Made by a program: the position numbers and the translations under genes. Below are positions 28,460 through 39,470 of a DNA stretch of 64,000 bases, piece after piece (position 1 is the first letter of the stretch; each line of letters opens with the position of its first letter). A model generated the notes under the pieces. That model had not been told where the DNA came from. It ran no database searches and worked only from the letters and a program-made list of their open reading frames with translations. This DNA comes from Candidatus Bathyarchaeota archaeon (lineage in GTDB: Archaea; Thermoproteota; Bathyarchaeia; Bathyarchaeales; Bathycorpusculaceae), in contig CAVRFW010000005.1 in the NCBI GenBank assembly GCA_963720565.1, forward strand, positions 32,001 through 96,000, given 5' to 3'.

Positions 28460-31400
28460 TTACCCTTCTGTAAGAGGTATTTCGTCTTTGAGGAATCTTT
28501 GCCCAGTCATCTTCTTTATCTTGAGGAAACTTGCCGTGCCTTCCGGTGTATCTCTTTCGCGAATAGTTATCTCTCCGTCGAACAGGCCTACAACAGCCTG
28601 CAACTCTTCAGCAGGATGCATGCCCGGGTCGATTACTGCGAGGATAGTGAAGCCTTTGGATTTCAGGGTTGGCAGGATGGAGCTCAACCACCTTCGCGTC
28701 GTCACAGCATGATGCTGCAACAGGACGTCTGACACCAGGTCGATGCAAATCCTCTTTGGACCAGTTCGCGATGAATCAAGCGTGCGGAAAGCCTTGGTCA
28801 GGGTGATGTCTATGTCTGTGAGGTTTTCTACGCCTTTGAGTTTGAACACGTTTGGCGCGCTCTGCACCGTGGTTTCGGCCTGGGGGCTGCAAACGATGAG
28901 GTGGAAGTTGGAGGGGTATTTTTCAGCCAGCTTCTTTGCGCCTGCAGCCCCGGTTGTTATGTGGAATGCTGTTTCACCAGTTTCAAGGCCTGCTTCCAAG
29001 AAGATTTCAACGAGCAGTGTTCTTTCGTCGCTGGAAGGCGCAGCTAGTACCACCGCATACTTTTCCGGTATCCCTCCCAACAGTAGCATATCGAGTTCAA
29101 TGCTTCCGGTAGAGACCCTTCCTGGCAGCGTCTCATGCATCGGCTGCGGTTTCTGGGCCGTTATTGTGGGGGGGCTGACCTTAAACGCCCTTGTTACGCC
29201 CTGGTCATCCATGTAGATGACTTCCGGGTTCAAGCTGTAACTTCCAGCTTTCGTTGCTCTAAGTTTCAGTCTAATGGTCTCAACCTGAAACGCGCCAATA
29301 CGTTTCCCTTTCGTCACGAGAACCCCGTTCTGCATGCTACAATAAGAGGGGAGATTGTTTAAGCTAAACTCAGCCGGAATTAAGCCTTCGATTCTGATGA
29401 GTGTTCCAAGCCCTCGACCAACGTTGACCAGATCAAGTCGCATTTCAAACTCTTCGTCAACTACGACTTGTCTGCGAACCATCAAATGTGCTTTGATGTC
29501 TTCTTGCCTGAAACTCTCTTCTGTCTCACAGTCCGCTCTTCTCTTTTCATCACGGATAGCCTTCGCTTCATCAAAACGCCCTTGTTTATCAAGCGCCCAG
29601 GCATAAACAAGCTTGAATCTCAACAAAGCTGCTAAAGGAAAGGTCGGCTGCATACGCTCAAAACGTTCAATGGATTCCTCAAACATTTGGTTTGATTCCT
29701 TCCACCGATTGTTCCCCGCAAGGAAAACGGGCTTTGGAAAGTCTATTTCCACGAATCTGTGAGTTAGGATTTCTGGCGGAAATTTCATTAGTTTGTCAAA
29801 GAACTCCGATGAACGATTCATGTTCCCAAGTATAGCGTACTCTATAACCAGGTTGGAGTAAACCATTGCGTGTGAAACCGCTGAATCTGTCTTCCCGGTC
29901 AGCTCTAGAGCTTTAAGACTGTAAGCCAAACCTTTCTCAAAATCACCGAAGTACCAGTAAGACCGAGCTGCCGTCGCATAGGTATAGACTTGCCTAAGAT
30001 AGTCACCCATCTTCATTCTTTCATCTATTTCTATGGCTTTGGAAAACATATCTAATGCTTCATGATCGAGGAGACTCAATGAGAGTGCCAAGCCTACAAC
30101 AAAATATGCTTCCATCTGCCACCGATAGTCTCCTATTTCTCGAAAAATGGCAATTGAGCATAGTGATTCAGCCAATCCTTTCTTTCGCTCATATTCCGTT
30201 TGAGCATATATTGTATGCTGACCACCTGTTCCAATTAAAGCCCAGGCAGCATCCCAAACAGAATATTCTTCTTCAAAAACCTGTAAGGCTGTCTCCCAAT
30301 TCCCGATAGCAGCAAGATAATTACCCTGTAATGCAAAACTTCTTCCTTTGCTTACTAGGTATTCTTAGTATTTTCCAGCCGATCAGCAGCAGCAAATGGC
30401 TCTGCAGCCTTTGCCAGGTCCATTAGGCGAGTCATATCTCCGTATTGGAAAACAGCTTCCATTGCTTTTCTGAATGCTCGCAATTTCAAAGCGCTGTTTG
30501 CAGATGCCTTGGCAATGTCCTCAAATATTGTGATTGCGTCTTTGAACATGCTGTTTGCGTAGTAGGAATCTCCAGTTTTTCGAGTGCAATTTCTCTATCG
30601 GCAACGCGTCCAGGAGCTTCCCTGATTACCTGCAGCACGTAGGTGAAATGTTTAATGGCCTCGGCATTGCTCCATCTCCCTAGAGCGTCCTCACCTGCAG
30701 CCAACGCTTGTCGTACTGCGTTTTCCTCGTCGCCAGCCTGAGCGAAGTGATAGGCCAATTCTCCATATGGCAACTTGCCGTTTTTGTAGGTTTTTACAAG
30801 CTGGGCCGCCAACCTTAGCATGATAGACTCTTTTCAGAGCAGGAGAAAGTTCTTCATAAATTACGTCACGAGTCCTAGCACGGTCAAATCGATACAAGTC
30901 TCCCTCACATTGAAGCAGGGAGGTAGTTTGATTTATCAGATCTAATGTTTCAACAACTTCAGAATAATCTTGATTGAGCATAGAAGCGAGGAGATACGCG
31001 TCAAACTTCTCTCCGATAACTGAAGCCGCTTCAACCATCTTCCTCTGCTGACGCAACAGACAGCTTAGCCTTTGAAGTACAATGTCCTTAATCTTTGCTG
31101 GTATTCCCAATTTGCCGCTAGTGAAACGCCACTTGTCACGGTCCTGAACAAGTTCGTTACGTTCGTTCAGCATTCTTAGTAGTTCGACAACAAGAGCGGA
31201 TTTCCTTGGCTCTCCACTGAGAGTTTCTCTGCCTAGTTCATGTTCTAGTTGACCGTCAAGCATGTTCATTGCGAGCTCGAAGACTCCATCTTGGTTAAGG
31301 CTGGCGACTCTGATTTCCACAACCAAGTCTTCTCGCGTCAATAGTCTTAGAGTTTCAACAAGCGGGCGGGGTCTGCCCTCAGCATCAGTTTTGAGTTCTT

Positions 31401-31947
31401 CGCTTCTGAAGGTGGCTATGAGGAGAACTCTCTCGTCTCTTATGGCGCGGGCGATATAGTGGATTAGTGCCAGAGAGGCTGAGTCTGCCCAATGCAGATC
31501 GTCTATGAAAAGCACAACGGCTTCTTTCTTAGAAAGGGACAGAAGAGTTTTGGTTACAGCTGCGAATGTTTGGTCCTTCCAAACTTGAGGTGTGTACTCT
31601 TGGAGTACCCCGGGGTGGTTAGCTTGGGTTGGACCTTTCAGCCATGTCGTTACATTTTCGGTCTCTGCTGTCTCTTCTTGTGCAAAATACGCGTTGAAGG
31701 CTTCAAAGAACGGGAAGTAGGGAACAGCAGTATTGCTGAGGCACCATCCACTCAACACGGTTGCTCCTTGGCTCTTGGCTGTGTTCAAGAATTCAGCGGT
31801 GAGTCTCGTTTTTCCTGTTCCTGCTTCGCCTGAAACGAAGACTGTTGCTCCTCTTCCTTGAAGATACAGTTTTAGGCAACTCTCCAGCTGGTCAAGTTCA
31901 CGTTCTCTCCCTACAATAGCTGGTTCAGCCAAGATTTTGGATGGCAA
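28460..31947 (-). CDS. Large AAA(16)-type ATPase - TPR - Ig-like - degenerate RAD55/KaiC-like multidomain protein, split by several frameshifts
   Basis: VGRERE, GEAGTGKT, DDLHWAD; LAYHF; TPR-like helices; GRVSTG...LDMLLLGGIP C-terminal module; pieces 30691-31947, 30486-30821, 30355-30549 and 28460-30175 are colinear. Confidence 0.8.
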
Positions 31948-32074
31948 TCGGACTAACCTTCCGTCGACTGAGACGAATTTTTCCGTGATAAATTATTTAT
32001 ATTGTTGTAGGCATAAAAGGTTGACTGCAGAGCGAATTTCTTGTATCGTTCGCGACTCTGCAGGTAAAACAGAA

Positions 32075-33331
32075 TTGCAGTATACAACAGGTTCAGAACC
32101 CTCGGCTCGAAGGATGTTTGTTCCATCTTTGACAGTGGCTTTTTTCTCAACCATGATTATGGAAACCATAACCAGCATCTTCTTACTGGATGTTACAGCA
32201 TCTTTCTTTGGGACTACAAATCCTGTTTCAATAGCGACAACAGGTCAGTTGGTCACTCTCTCAGGTATTGTCTCCATCTTCTTCGGAGTGCTGCTAAGTG
32301 TTCTAACGGTCAAGTATGATCATAAGAAACTGCTGCTAGGTGGCGTTCTAGGAATCACATTAGGAACTGTAGGCTGTTTCTTAGCGCCTAATTTCATGTA
32401 TCTTCAGGTCTTTTATTCTATGGAGGGAATTGGCACAATAATAGTCAACACAATGGCGTTCGCATTGATCGGTGAATTCTTAGTCTTGAACAAGAGGCCG
32501 AAGGCTACTGGATGGGTAATTGCAGGAGCATCAATTGCAGGCATTGCCTCTGCCATTGTGGTTAATTTCTTCTTCTCAGGTGTGGAAGGTTGGCGTTCTT
32601 TTCTGCTGTGGTTCGCATTGCCAGTCTCCTTGATTGCTTTGGCTGCTACATTCTTTGGTGTTCCCTCGGCTCCCCAAAAACCGAGTGTGACTACTGGAGA
32701 GAGATCTTACTTAAGCAGTTTTAAACAGGTTTTTCTGCAGAAATCGGGTGCTGCCTGCCTGGCTGGCAACTTATTGAGACAAACAGCGGTTGGGTATGTG
32801 GTTATCTATTCGGCAACCTTTTTCAGGACGCAGTTTGGGCTGTCCGTTAGCGACGCTGCATTATTCGTATTGGGCATAACTACAGTTTTCACGATAGGTT
32901 CCGTCATAGGGGGGCATTTGGTGAACAGAATTGGACGCAAACGTCAACTAGTAGCGGTTTTAATCATAGCTGCTCCCTTTCTGTTAGTCGTGCCCTTTAT
33001 GCCGATTCTGTGGATCGCTGTTGCTCTGCATTACGTGTTCTATTTCATCTTCAGCCTGAGCAATTCTCCTAACATCAGTTTGACTCTTGAACAGGCACCT
33101 GAATCTCGAGGAACGATGATGTCTATGAGCACTATCTTCATAACCATTGGATTCCTCGTGGCAGCTGGTGTGGGCGGAGCTGCCCTTGTCCTGGCAGGCT
33201 GGACAGGAATGATTCTCGTCTTCGTTGCATTGGAACTCATCTCAGCTGCCATCTTCTCCTTCTTAACCAAAGACCCATGCAGAACACAATCAAAAAGATG
33301 GCTCCAGTCGGGAAACCACGCGCGCGTTTAA
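32075..33331 (+). CDS. MFS transporter
   Basis: About 12 hydrophobic segments; GHLVNRIGRK motif; start uncertain (TTG 32075 or ATG 32114). Confidence 0.88.
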   Translation: MQYTTGSEPSARRMFVPSLTVAFFSTMIMETITSIFLLDVTASFFGTTNPVSIATTGQLVTLSGIVSIFFGVLLSVLTVKYDHKKLLLGGVLGITLGTVGCFLAPNFMYLQVFYSMEGIGTIIVNTMAFALIGEFLVLNKRPKATGWVIAGASIAGIASAIVVNFFFSGVEGWRSFLLWFALPVSLIALAATFFGVPSAPQKPSVTTGERSYLSSFKQVFLQKSGAACLAGNLLRQTAVGYVVIYSATFFRTQFGLSVSDAALFVLGITTVFTIGSVIGGHLVNRIGRKRQLVAVLIIAAPFLLVVPFMPILWIAVALHYVFYFIFSLSNSPNISLTLEQAPESRGTMMSMSTIFITIGFLVAAGVGGAALVLAGWTGMILVFVALELISAAIFSFLTKDPCRTQSKRWLQSGNHARV

Positions 33332-33335
33332 AAAA

Positions 33336-33414
33336 TGGCGGGCCCGCTGGGATTTGAACCCAGGACCTCCGGCTCCGCAGGCCGGTGTCATAATCCGTAC
33401 TAGACGACGAGCCC
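33336..33414 (-). tRNA. tRNA-Arg(GCG), intronless, CCA encoded
   Basis: GGGCTCG/CGGGCCC acceptor; anticodon arm CCGGC-CTGCGGA-GCCGG; T arm CTGGG-TTCAAAT-CCCAG. Confidence 0.97.
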
Positions 33415-33433
33415 CCATGGATGGACTATGGTA

Positions 33434-33849
33434 CTAACTTCCTAAATATGAAGTTTTTAGTTTTCGGAACAGTTTTGCATCGTCGATTTCGGTGACGTAT
33501 TGGAATCCGGCTTCTATTAGCTGTGTGGCTTCCTCAATTGTCTTTGCTGCTTTGCAGATGTATTCTTCGTTTTGCGGTAGCGCAAGCAATTGAGTATAGC
33601 GCAGGGTCGTTTTTAGGTTTCTGTGCCCGAGGAGTTTTTGGACGTACAGGATGTCTTTGGTTTTGGCGTATTCTGTGGTTGCTTTCCAGTGTCGAAGAAT
33701 GTGGAAGTGGATTTGAGCAGCCTGGGGTTTTGGAGTTTGAATGCCGTTCGTTTCCTCCGTTTTCTAAATGTCCTTTCCACGTTTGTGATCGAGTTGTAAT
33801 TCCAAAGTTTGTCTGATTGGCGCGGTTGTGCTGCGAGCATTTTCATCAT
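33434..33849 (-). pseudogene. Tyrosine recombinase/integrase C-terminal remnant
   Basis: Hand translation after a frameshift near 33712: HFHILRHWKATTEYAKTKDILYVQKLLGHRNLKTTLRYTQL...; no N-terminal domain visible. Confidence 0.85.
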
Positions 33850-33958
33850 ACGCTAATTGCTCTGCGCGCGCCTATAGGAACGTAAAGAAGCCAGCCTGGG
33901 CTGCGAGCTTTAGCTCAACTGTTCTCATAAGACTTAGCTTATGAAGTCAGAATAGACA

Positions 33959-34054
33959 TGGCGTCTATGATGATATCACGTCAGTATGAAGGGATTTCGG
34001 TTAGGTTCTGTTTTCCCAAGATGATTTGACATTAGATTGCATTCTGAGGCGCCA
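33959..34054 (+). ncRNA. Candidate box C/D guide sRNA
   Basis: Terminal stem TGGCGTC/GGCGCCA; C box ATGATGA 33967-33973; D' ATGA 33986-33989; C' AAGATGA 34018-34024; D CTGA 34044-34047. Confidence 0.6.
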
Positions 34055-34096
34055 CACAAGAAAATAGCACGCGCTATTTTTTGACCTTCTTGTGTG
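34053..34096. terminator. Nested inverted repeat with T-run
   Basis: CACACAAGAA/TTCTTGTGTG enclosing AATAGC-ACGC-GCTATT followed by TTTT. Confidence 0.45.
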
Positions 34097-34292
34097 CTGC
34101 ATAGCTTCTTAGATGATACCACAACAGCTTGTCATCTTCAGCTATTTCCCTTTTTTCTTTCACCATTATTTACGACCAAGTGTCTTTCAACACAAGCGAG
34201 ATAGAAATGGAAAAATTGTAGATCGCGCGCGTAGGGTTTCAACACGATAAGAGGCCGCGGTTACTTATCCAGGGTCATTTTTGCTTTTGAAG

Positions 34293-34692
34293 TTATTCGC
34301 TTTTTGCCTGCTTTGTATCGTGAAGTGTATGATGCTGAGTCGGGGGTTTTATTTCGTCTTTGTTTGCCCCCTTCTCTAGAAGCTCCCGAATACGTTTTAA
34401 CTCAGCCAAAATTTGAAGATCAACATTTTCTGAAGCTGATGACGGTCTTCTCTGACGGTACTTCTCGGGGATATTCTCTTCGGGGGCGGTCTTCTGTTCT
34501 TGGCGGTCTATTCTTAACCCAGCACTCTGCGCAGTAGACAGGGCGATCTCCTGTTGGCTGGAATGGAACTTCACATTCCTTACCGCAGTCAGCGCAAACG
34601 CTTTTATGCATCTCTCTGGAGCTGCGATCGAAACCTTGCCTACCTCTGGGACCGTGGGAACGATCAGAACTTCGCCTCACTTTATAACCCAT
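34293..34692 (-). CDS. CxxC-x17-CxxC domain protein; probable frameshift near 34447
   Basis: REMHKSVCADCGKECEVPFQPTGDRPVYCAECW; removing one A continues into SSASENVDLQILAELKRIRELLEK. Confidence 0.85.
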
Positions 34693-34780
34693 TTTGTTCA
34701 CTCCTTTTTTCTTAGGTACACCTAGAAGCTAGCTATCCTTTAAGACTTTGTTAAAACGCGCGCTATTAACGTATGAAGCC

Positions 34781-35341
34781 TTATTCGTAGAAAATGAGGT
34801 TTTGCTCCTCCAACATTACGTGAAGCTTACGCACTGAATCATAAACGTCCTGTTCCTTCTTCGCCCCAGTACAAACAAGGCTCCCGCTCGCGAACACCAG
34901 TATAACCACCTTAGGCTCAGTCATCCGGTAAATCAAACCTGGAAACTGTTCCGGTTCATACATGCAGCTTCCAAGCACAGTCACAGCCTTCTCCAAATCA
35001 ACATTTCCACCCAGACTTGCGGAAGCAACAATGTTCACGACCTCGAAGTCCGGCTTGCCGAGGACTATTATTCCACATTTCTTCAGTTCCTTGACAACTT
35101 TCATAACCGCTCCTCGCGCTTCTTTCCCTGACTTCGCGCCAGTACAAACCATCTTTCCAGTGCTAAAAATTAAAATACCCGTTTTAGGCCTCTTCAACCT
35201 GAAAACTAGCCCAGGAAACTGTTCAGGGCGATATTCCACGCCGGGGTATCCTTTCACAACAGCGTTCAAGTCAATTTTCTGGTTCAGACTTGAACAGGCA
35301 ACAACGTTCTGAATGCTTATTACGGCTTCCGTCTTCGGCAT
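34781..35341 (-). CDS. tbp: TATA-box-binding protein
   Basis: Two repeats IQNVVA/VVNIVA, YRPEQFPGLV/YEPEQFPGLI, IFSTGKMVCTGAK. Confidence 0.97.
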   Translation of the reverse strand: MPKTEAVISIQNVVACSSLNQKIDLNAVVKGYPGVEYRPEQFPGLVFRLKRPKTGILIFSTGKMVCTGAKSGKEARGAVMKVVKELKKCGIIVLGKPDFEVVNIVASASLGGNVDLEKAVTVLGSCMYEPEQFPGLIYRMTEPKVVILVFASGSLVCTGAKKEQDVYDSVRKLHVMLEEQNLIFYE

Positions 35342-35482
35342 TTGACACCAGCCTTATAGTGTAGGAGATGCTTAAATAGCCTCTATCAGCGTGTTTGGAA
35401 AATGGAAAGGACTTAATGCGCGCGCTTAAATCTATTGAGAAAGAAGCTCTATTTAGGCAGATTTTGACAATTTACCCATGAA

Positions 35483-35677
35483 TTAGCGCACTTTTCGGTA
35501 TCGTTCTTTCTTGAACTGCAGAGTGAAACTGTGTTTTCCCTGCCTTGAGTAGTCTCTGAACTTGGTTTTGCATTTGTCACATATGTAGGCTTTAACGGTA
35601 AACTGACTGAAATGCCATTTTTTGTCGGGTTTAACAATTTCAGTCTGACAGTTCGGACATTTTGTCACAGCAATCAA
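35483..35677 (-). CDS. Small basic Zn-ribbon protein, Cren7-like
   Basis: KCPNC..EI.KPDKKW....F.VK.Y.CDKCKTKFR. Confidence 0.65.
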   Translation of the reverse strand: MIAVTKCPNCQTEIVKPDKKWHFSQFTVKAYICDKCKTKFRDYSRQGKHSFTLQFKKERYRKVR

Positions 35678-35836
35678 GATTTGATTACGTCTTTTTTCAA
35701 TTTAAGATTTTGTGGTGCTAGGGGGCGAAGAGCGCGATTGATCGTCCGTCAGGAACCTGAAGCAATTTGATAGAAATTGCGGCAGCAATATTAGGAGCAA
35801 GAGGTTGTTAATGAATAGACGTGAGGAGGGAATTAT

Positions 35837-37492
35837 GTGGCTTATTTAACGCAAACTCAAAGTGGTCAACCTGTGCTTATTTTGAAGGAGGGGACCTCTC
35901 GAAGCAGAGGGAAAGAGGCCCAAAGAAACAATATTATGGCAGCTCGAGTGATAGGGGAAGTTTTGAAGACAACACTTGGGCCGCGAGGCATGGACAAGAT
36001 GCTCGTTGACAGTTTAGGCGACATAACAATAACAAACGATGGGGCAGCAATTCTAAAGGAAATAGATGTAGAGCATCCAGCGGCGAAAATGATGGTAGAA
36101 ATCGCCAAAACTCAGGATGACATGGTTGGTGATGGAACAACAACAGCCGTGGTTTTGGCTAGCGAATTTCTCAAGAAAGCAGAAGAACTGTTGGACCAGA
36201 ACATTCACCCAACCATACTTGTGAGTGGATACCGCAAAGCAGCCCAGAAAGCCATCGAAATCATAGAGAAGAACGCGGTGCCCATCGACGTCGAAGATCG
36301 AAAAATGATGATGAAAGTTGCTTTAACGTCCATGGGGAGCAAAGCCGTGGGCAGCGCTAAAGAGCGCTTTGCGGAAATAGCCATAGACGCCGTCAAGCAA
36401 ATCGCCGAGAAACGCGGAGACAAGATGATTGCAGACATAGACAATATTCAGCTTGTAAAGAAAACCGGTAAGAGTGTTCTCGAGTCCCAGCTAATTAGTG
36501 GAATAATCATTGACAAAGAAGTTGTCCATCCAGGGATGCCCAAGAAAAAGGAGAACTCGAAAATTGCACTCGTAAATTCTGCATTGGAGATTGAGAAAAC
36601 CGAGATGAGCGCAGAAATTCGTATACGTGATCCGAACCAGATGAAAGCGTTCCTAGACCAAGAGGACAGCATGCTCAAAGACATGGTAAACAAGATCAAA
36701 GCCTCCGGAGCAGACATCGTCTTCTGCCAGAAAGGCATAGACGATATGGTTCAACACTACCTATCGCAAGAGGGCATAATGGCTGCTAGACGAATCAAGG
36801 AGTCAGATATGGAAAAGCTCGCGAGAGCAACTGGTGGAAGAGTAACCTCTAACTTGGACGATTTGAAAGCCGAAGACTTGGGCTTTGCCGGTTTAGTGGA
36901 AGAGCGCAAGATCAGCGAAGACAAAATGATCTTCGTTGAAAAATGCAAAGATCCACATTCGGTGGCCATACTCATACGAGCAGGGCTTGAAAGAATGGTG
37001 GACGAAGCCGAAAGAGCAATAATCGACGCGCTGTCAGTAGTCTCAGACGTCACAGAAAACAATAAAATAGTCGCTGGTGGTGGAGCAGTAGAAATCGAAG
37101 TAGCAAAAGAACTGCGCAGATACGCTAACAAAGTCGGAGGCAGGGAACAACTCGCTGTAGAAGCATTTGCAGACGCAATGGAAATAATACCGAGAGCACT
37201 CACAGAAAACGCGGGATTCCAGCCAATAGACGTGCTAATCGATCTGAGAACAGCACACGATAAAGAAGACGGTAAATACAAAGGCTTAAACGTATTCACT
37301 GGAAAAGTCCAGAACAGTCTCGAAAACGGGGTTGTCGAACCACTCGTTGTTAAAACACAAGCTATAAAATCGGCAGTCGAATCCGCAACGATGATACTGC
37401 GAATAGACGACGTAATAACATCCAAAGCACCCAAAGGCGGACCAAGAGGTCCAGGTGGCGGAATGGGCGGCGGCCCCGAAGGGGAAGAATAG
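35837..37492 (+). CDS. Thermosome (group II chaperonin) subunit
   Basis: [40 protein letters not shown]. Confidence 0.97.
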   Translation: MAYLTQTQSGQPVLILKEGTSRSRGKEAQRNNIMAARVIGEVLKTTLGPRGMDKMLVDSLGDITITNDGAAILKEIDVEHPAAKMMVEIAKTQDDMVGDGTTTAVVLASEFLKKAEELLDQNIHPTILVSGYRKAAQKAIEIIEKNAVPIDVEDRKMMMKVALTSMGSKAVGSAKERFAEIAIDAVKQIAEKRGDKMIADIDNIQLVKKTGKSVLESQLISGIIIDKEVVHPGMPKKKENSKIALVNSALEIEKTEMSAEIRIRDPNQMKAFLDQEDSMLKDMVNKIKASGADIVFCQKGIDDMVQHYLSQEGIMAARRIKESDMEKLARATGGRVTSNLDDLKAEDLGFAGLVEERKISEDKMIFVEKCKDPHSVAILIRAGLERMVDEAERAIIDALSVVSDVTENNKIVAGGGAVEIEVAKELRRYANKVGGREQLAVEAFADAMEIIPRALTENAGFQPIDVLIDLRTAHDKEDGKYKGLNVFTGKVQNSLENGVVEPLVVKTQAIKSAVESATMILRIDDVITSKAPKGGPRGPGGGMGGGPEGEE

Positions 37493-37660
37493 ACACCCTA
37501 ATTCCTTTATTGTAATAGCAACGTATACTGCTCTGAGGTTAGAGCACTGTGAGAGACGCAGAAGAAAAATATAGCATCTGGTAACAACCCGGAGAAAACT
37601 GAATTTTCTAAATAACAGAGTCAATTCTCGTGGTTGTTAACACGTTCTCTAACACTGTGG

Positions 37661-39301
37661 TTACATACCGCCGTAACCACCCCCTGGCATTCCGCCAGGA
37701 GGCATAGGCGGAGCTTTCATCTTGCCAGAGGCGATGACGTCATCAACCCTCAGTATCATTGTGGTGGCTTCAGTAGCGGATTTGATTGTCTGTTTCTTAA
37801 CAGCCAAGGGCTCGTAAACTTCGAGTTCTCTCATGTCTCTGATTTTGCCTTCTAAGACGTCAACGCCTGCCCATTTTTCGCCCTTCTCATGGCGGCTCCT
37901 AAGCTCTAACAGAAGATCTATGGGATCAAGACCTGCATTTTCACCCAACGTCAACGGCACAATTTCCATAGCCTCGCCGAAACTCCGAACAGCAAGTTGC
38001 TCCCTGCCCGGTAGAGTTTCAGCATAACCCCTAAGTGCTCTAGCCACTTCCATTTCTGGGGCTCCCCCTCCCGCAACAATTTTGGGCACTTGAACAACAT
38101 CGCGGACTACACATAACGCGTCATGAACCGATCGTTCAGCTTCTTCAAGGAAGCGCTTGTCTGCACCTCGTATTAGAATAGCAACAGACCGCGGGTTCTT
38201 GCATCCTTCAATGAAAGTCAACTTATCATCGCCGATCTTCCTTTCCTCAACAACCTCTGCAAAGCCCAGGTCACTTCTTGAGAGCCCTTCTAAATTGGTA
38301 ACGGCCTTTCCGCCGGTTGCCATAGCTAGTTTCTTCACATCCGACTCCTTAACTCGTTGCACCGCCAAGACCCCCTTCCTAGCTAAGAAGTGCTGAACCA
38401 TATCGTCTATGCCTTTCTGGCAGAAAACGACATTAGCGCCTGAGGAAATTATCTTTTCAACCATTGCTTTGAGCATACCCTCCTCTTCCCGCAAGAAAGA
38501 CGACATCTGTTCTGGACGTTCAATGTTGATTTTAGTATCGAACTCGGTCTTCTTAATTTCAAGTGCACTTTCCAACAATGCTATCTTTGCCTTCTCGACC
38601 CGTTTGGGCATGCCTGAATGCACAACCTCCTTGTCAAGAACCACCCCTTCGATGAGCTCGGTTTCAGACATGGATTCACCGGGCTTCTTCTCCACCATAA
38701 TATCGTCCAAGTCTACCGTGAAGTCTTCTCCAACTTTTCTGGCCACATGCAAAACGGCTTCAACAGCTATTTTGGCAAGTTGCTCCTTGCTCTCAGACAC
38801 CAGCTTACTAGCCATAGAGGTAGCAGCAACCTTCTTCAAGAACTCCTTTCCTGTGGGGTTAATTGGAATCGCAATGTTTTCAAGGGTTTCAAGAGCTTTG
38901 TCAGCTGCTTTACTGTATCCTTCAACGATTACTGTGGGATGGACACCCTTGTTTAACAAGTCTTCAGCCTTTCCTAAGAGTTCACCGGCCAAAATGACTG
39001 ACGTTGTGGTTCCATCTCCCACTTCCGCATCTTGGGTCTTGGCGACTTCAACCATCATCTTAGCAGCAGGATGTTCAATATCCATCTTGTCAAGTATTGT
39101 TCTTCCATCACTCGTAATTATTACGTCACCGGAACTATCCACCAACATCTTATCCATTCCTTTGGGGCCTAACGCGCTTTTGACCGCTTCTGCTATCGTT
39201 TTTGCCGCCATAATGTTATTTCGTTGGACATCTCTCCCCGTAGATCTTTCCGACCCCTCCCTCATAATTAGAACAGGTACACCACCTGTTTGCGTAGACA
39301 A
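37661..39301 (-). CDS. Thermosome subunit (second, divergent paralog)
   Basis: LGPKGMDK, TSDG, GDGTTT, CQKGIDD, PGGMPGGGYGGM tail; TTG start after GGAGGAG. Confidence 0.97.
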   Translation of the reverse strand: MSTQTGGVPVLIMREGSERSTGRDVQRNNIMAAKTIAEAVKSALGPKGMDKMLVDSSGDVIITSDGRTILDKMDIEHPAAKMMVEVAKTQDAEVGDGTTTSVILAGELLGKAEDLLNKGVHPTVIVEGYSKAADKALETLENIAIPINPTGKEFLKKVAATSMASKLVSESKEQLAKIAVEAVLHVARKVGEDFTVDLDDIMVEKKPGESMSETELIEGVVLDKEVVHSGMPKRVEKAKIALLESALEIKKTEFDTKINIERPEQMSSFLREEEGMLKAMVEKIISSGANVVFCQKGIDDMVQHFLARKGVLAVQRVKESDVKKLAMATGGKAVTNLEGLSRSDLGFAEVVEERKIGDDKLTFIEGCKNPRSVAILIRGADKRFLEEAERSVHDALCVVRDVVQVPKIVAGGGAPEMEVARALRGYAETLPGREQLAVRSFGEAMEIVPLTLGENAGLDPIDLLLELRSRHEKGEKWAGVDVLEGKIRDMRELEVYEPLAVKKQTIKSATEATTMILRVDDVIASGKMKAPPMPPGGMPGGGYGGM

Positions 39302-39470
39302 ACAACTTCTCCTCCACGTACAATTACTATGACTTGACACAGTAAAAGGTTTCCCAAATTGCCTTTTTCATGACGTGGAAACCTAAGGAATCGTAACAAT
39401 CCAGTGAGAAACAAAAATATTGCATGAAAAAGTGAGTGAGCAAAAAATGTCACTATACCCACTGTATCAA

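Noticed and set aside
22600..33336. Integrated element bounded by the tRNA-Arg 3' end
   Set aside because: No duplicate of the tRNA 3' end and no integrase found on this side
34074..34166. Possible 30-aa minus-strand ORF (..EIAEDDKLLWYHLRSYAAHKKVKK)
   Set aside because: Needs an assumed frameshift in an A-run to gain a start; no other support
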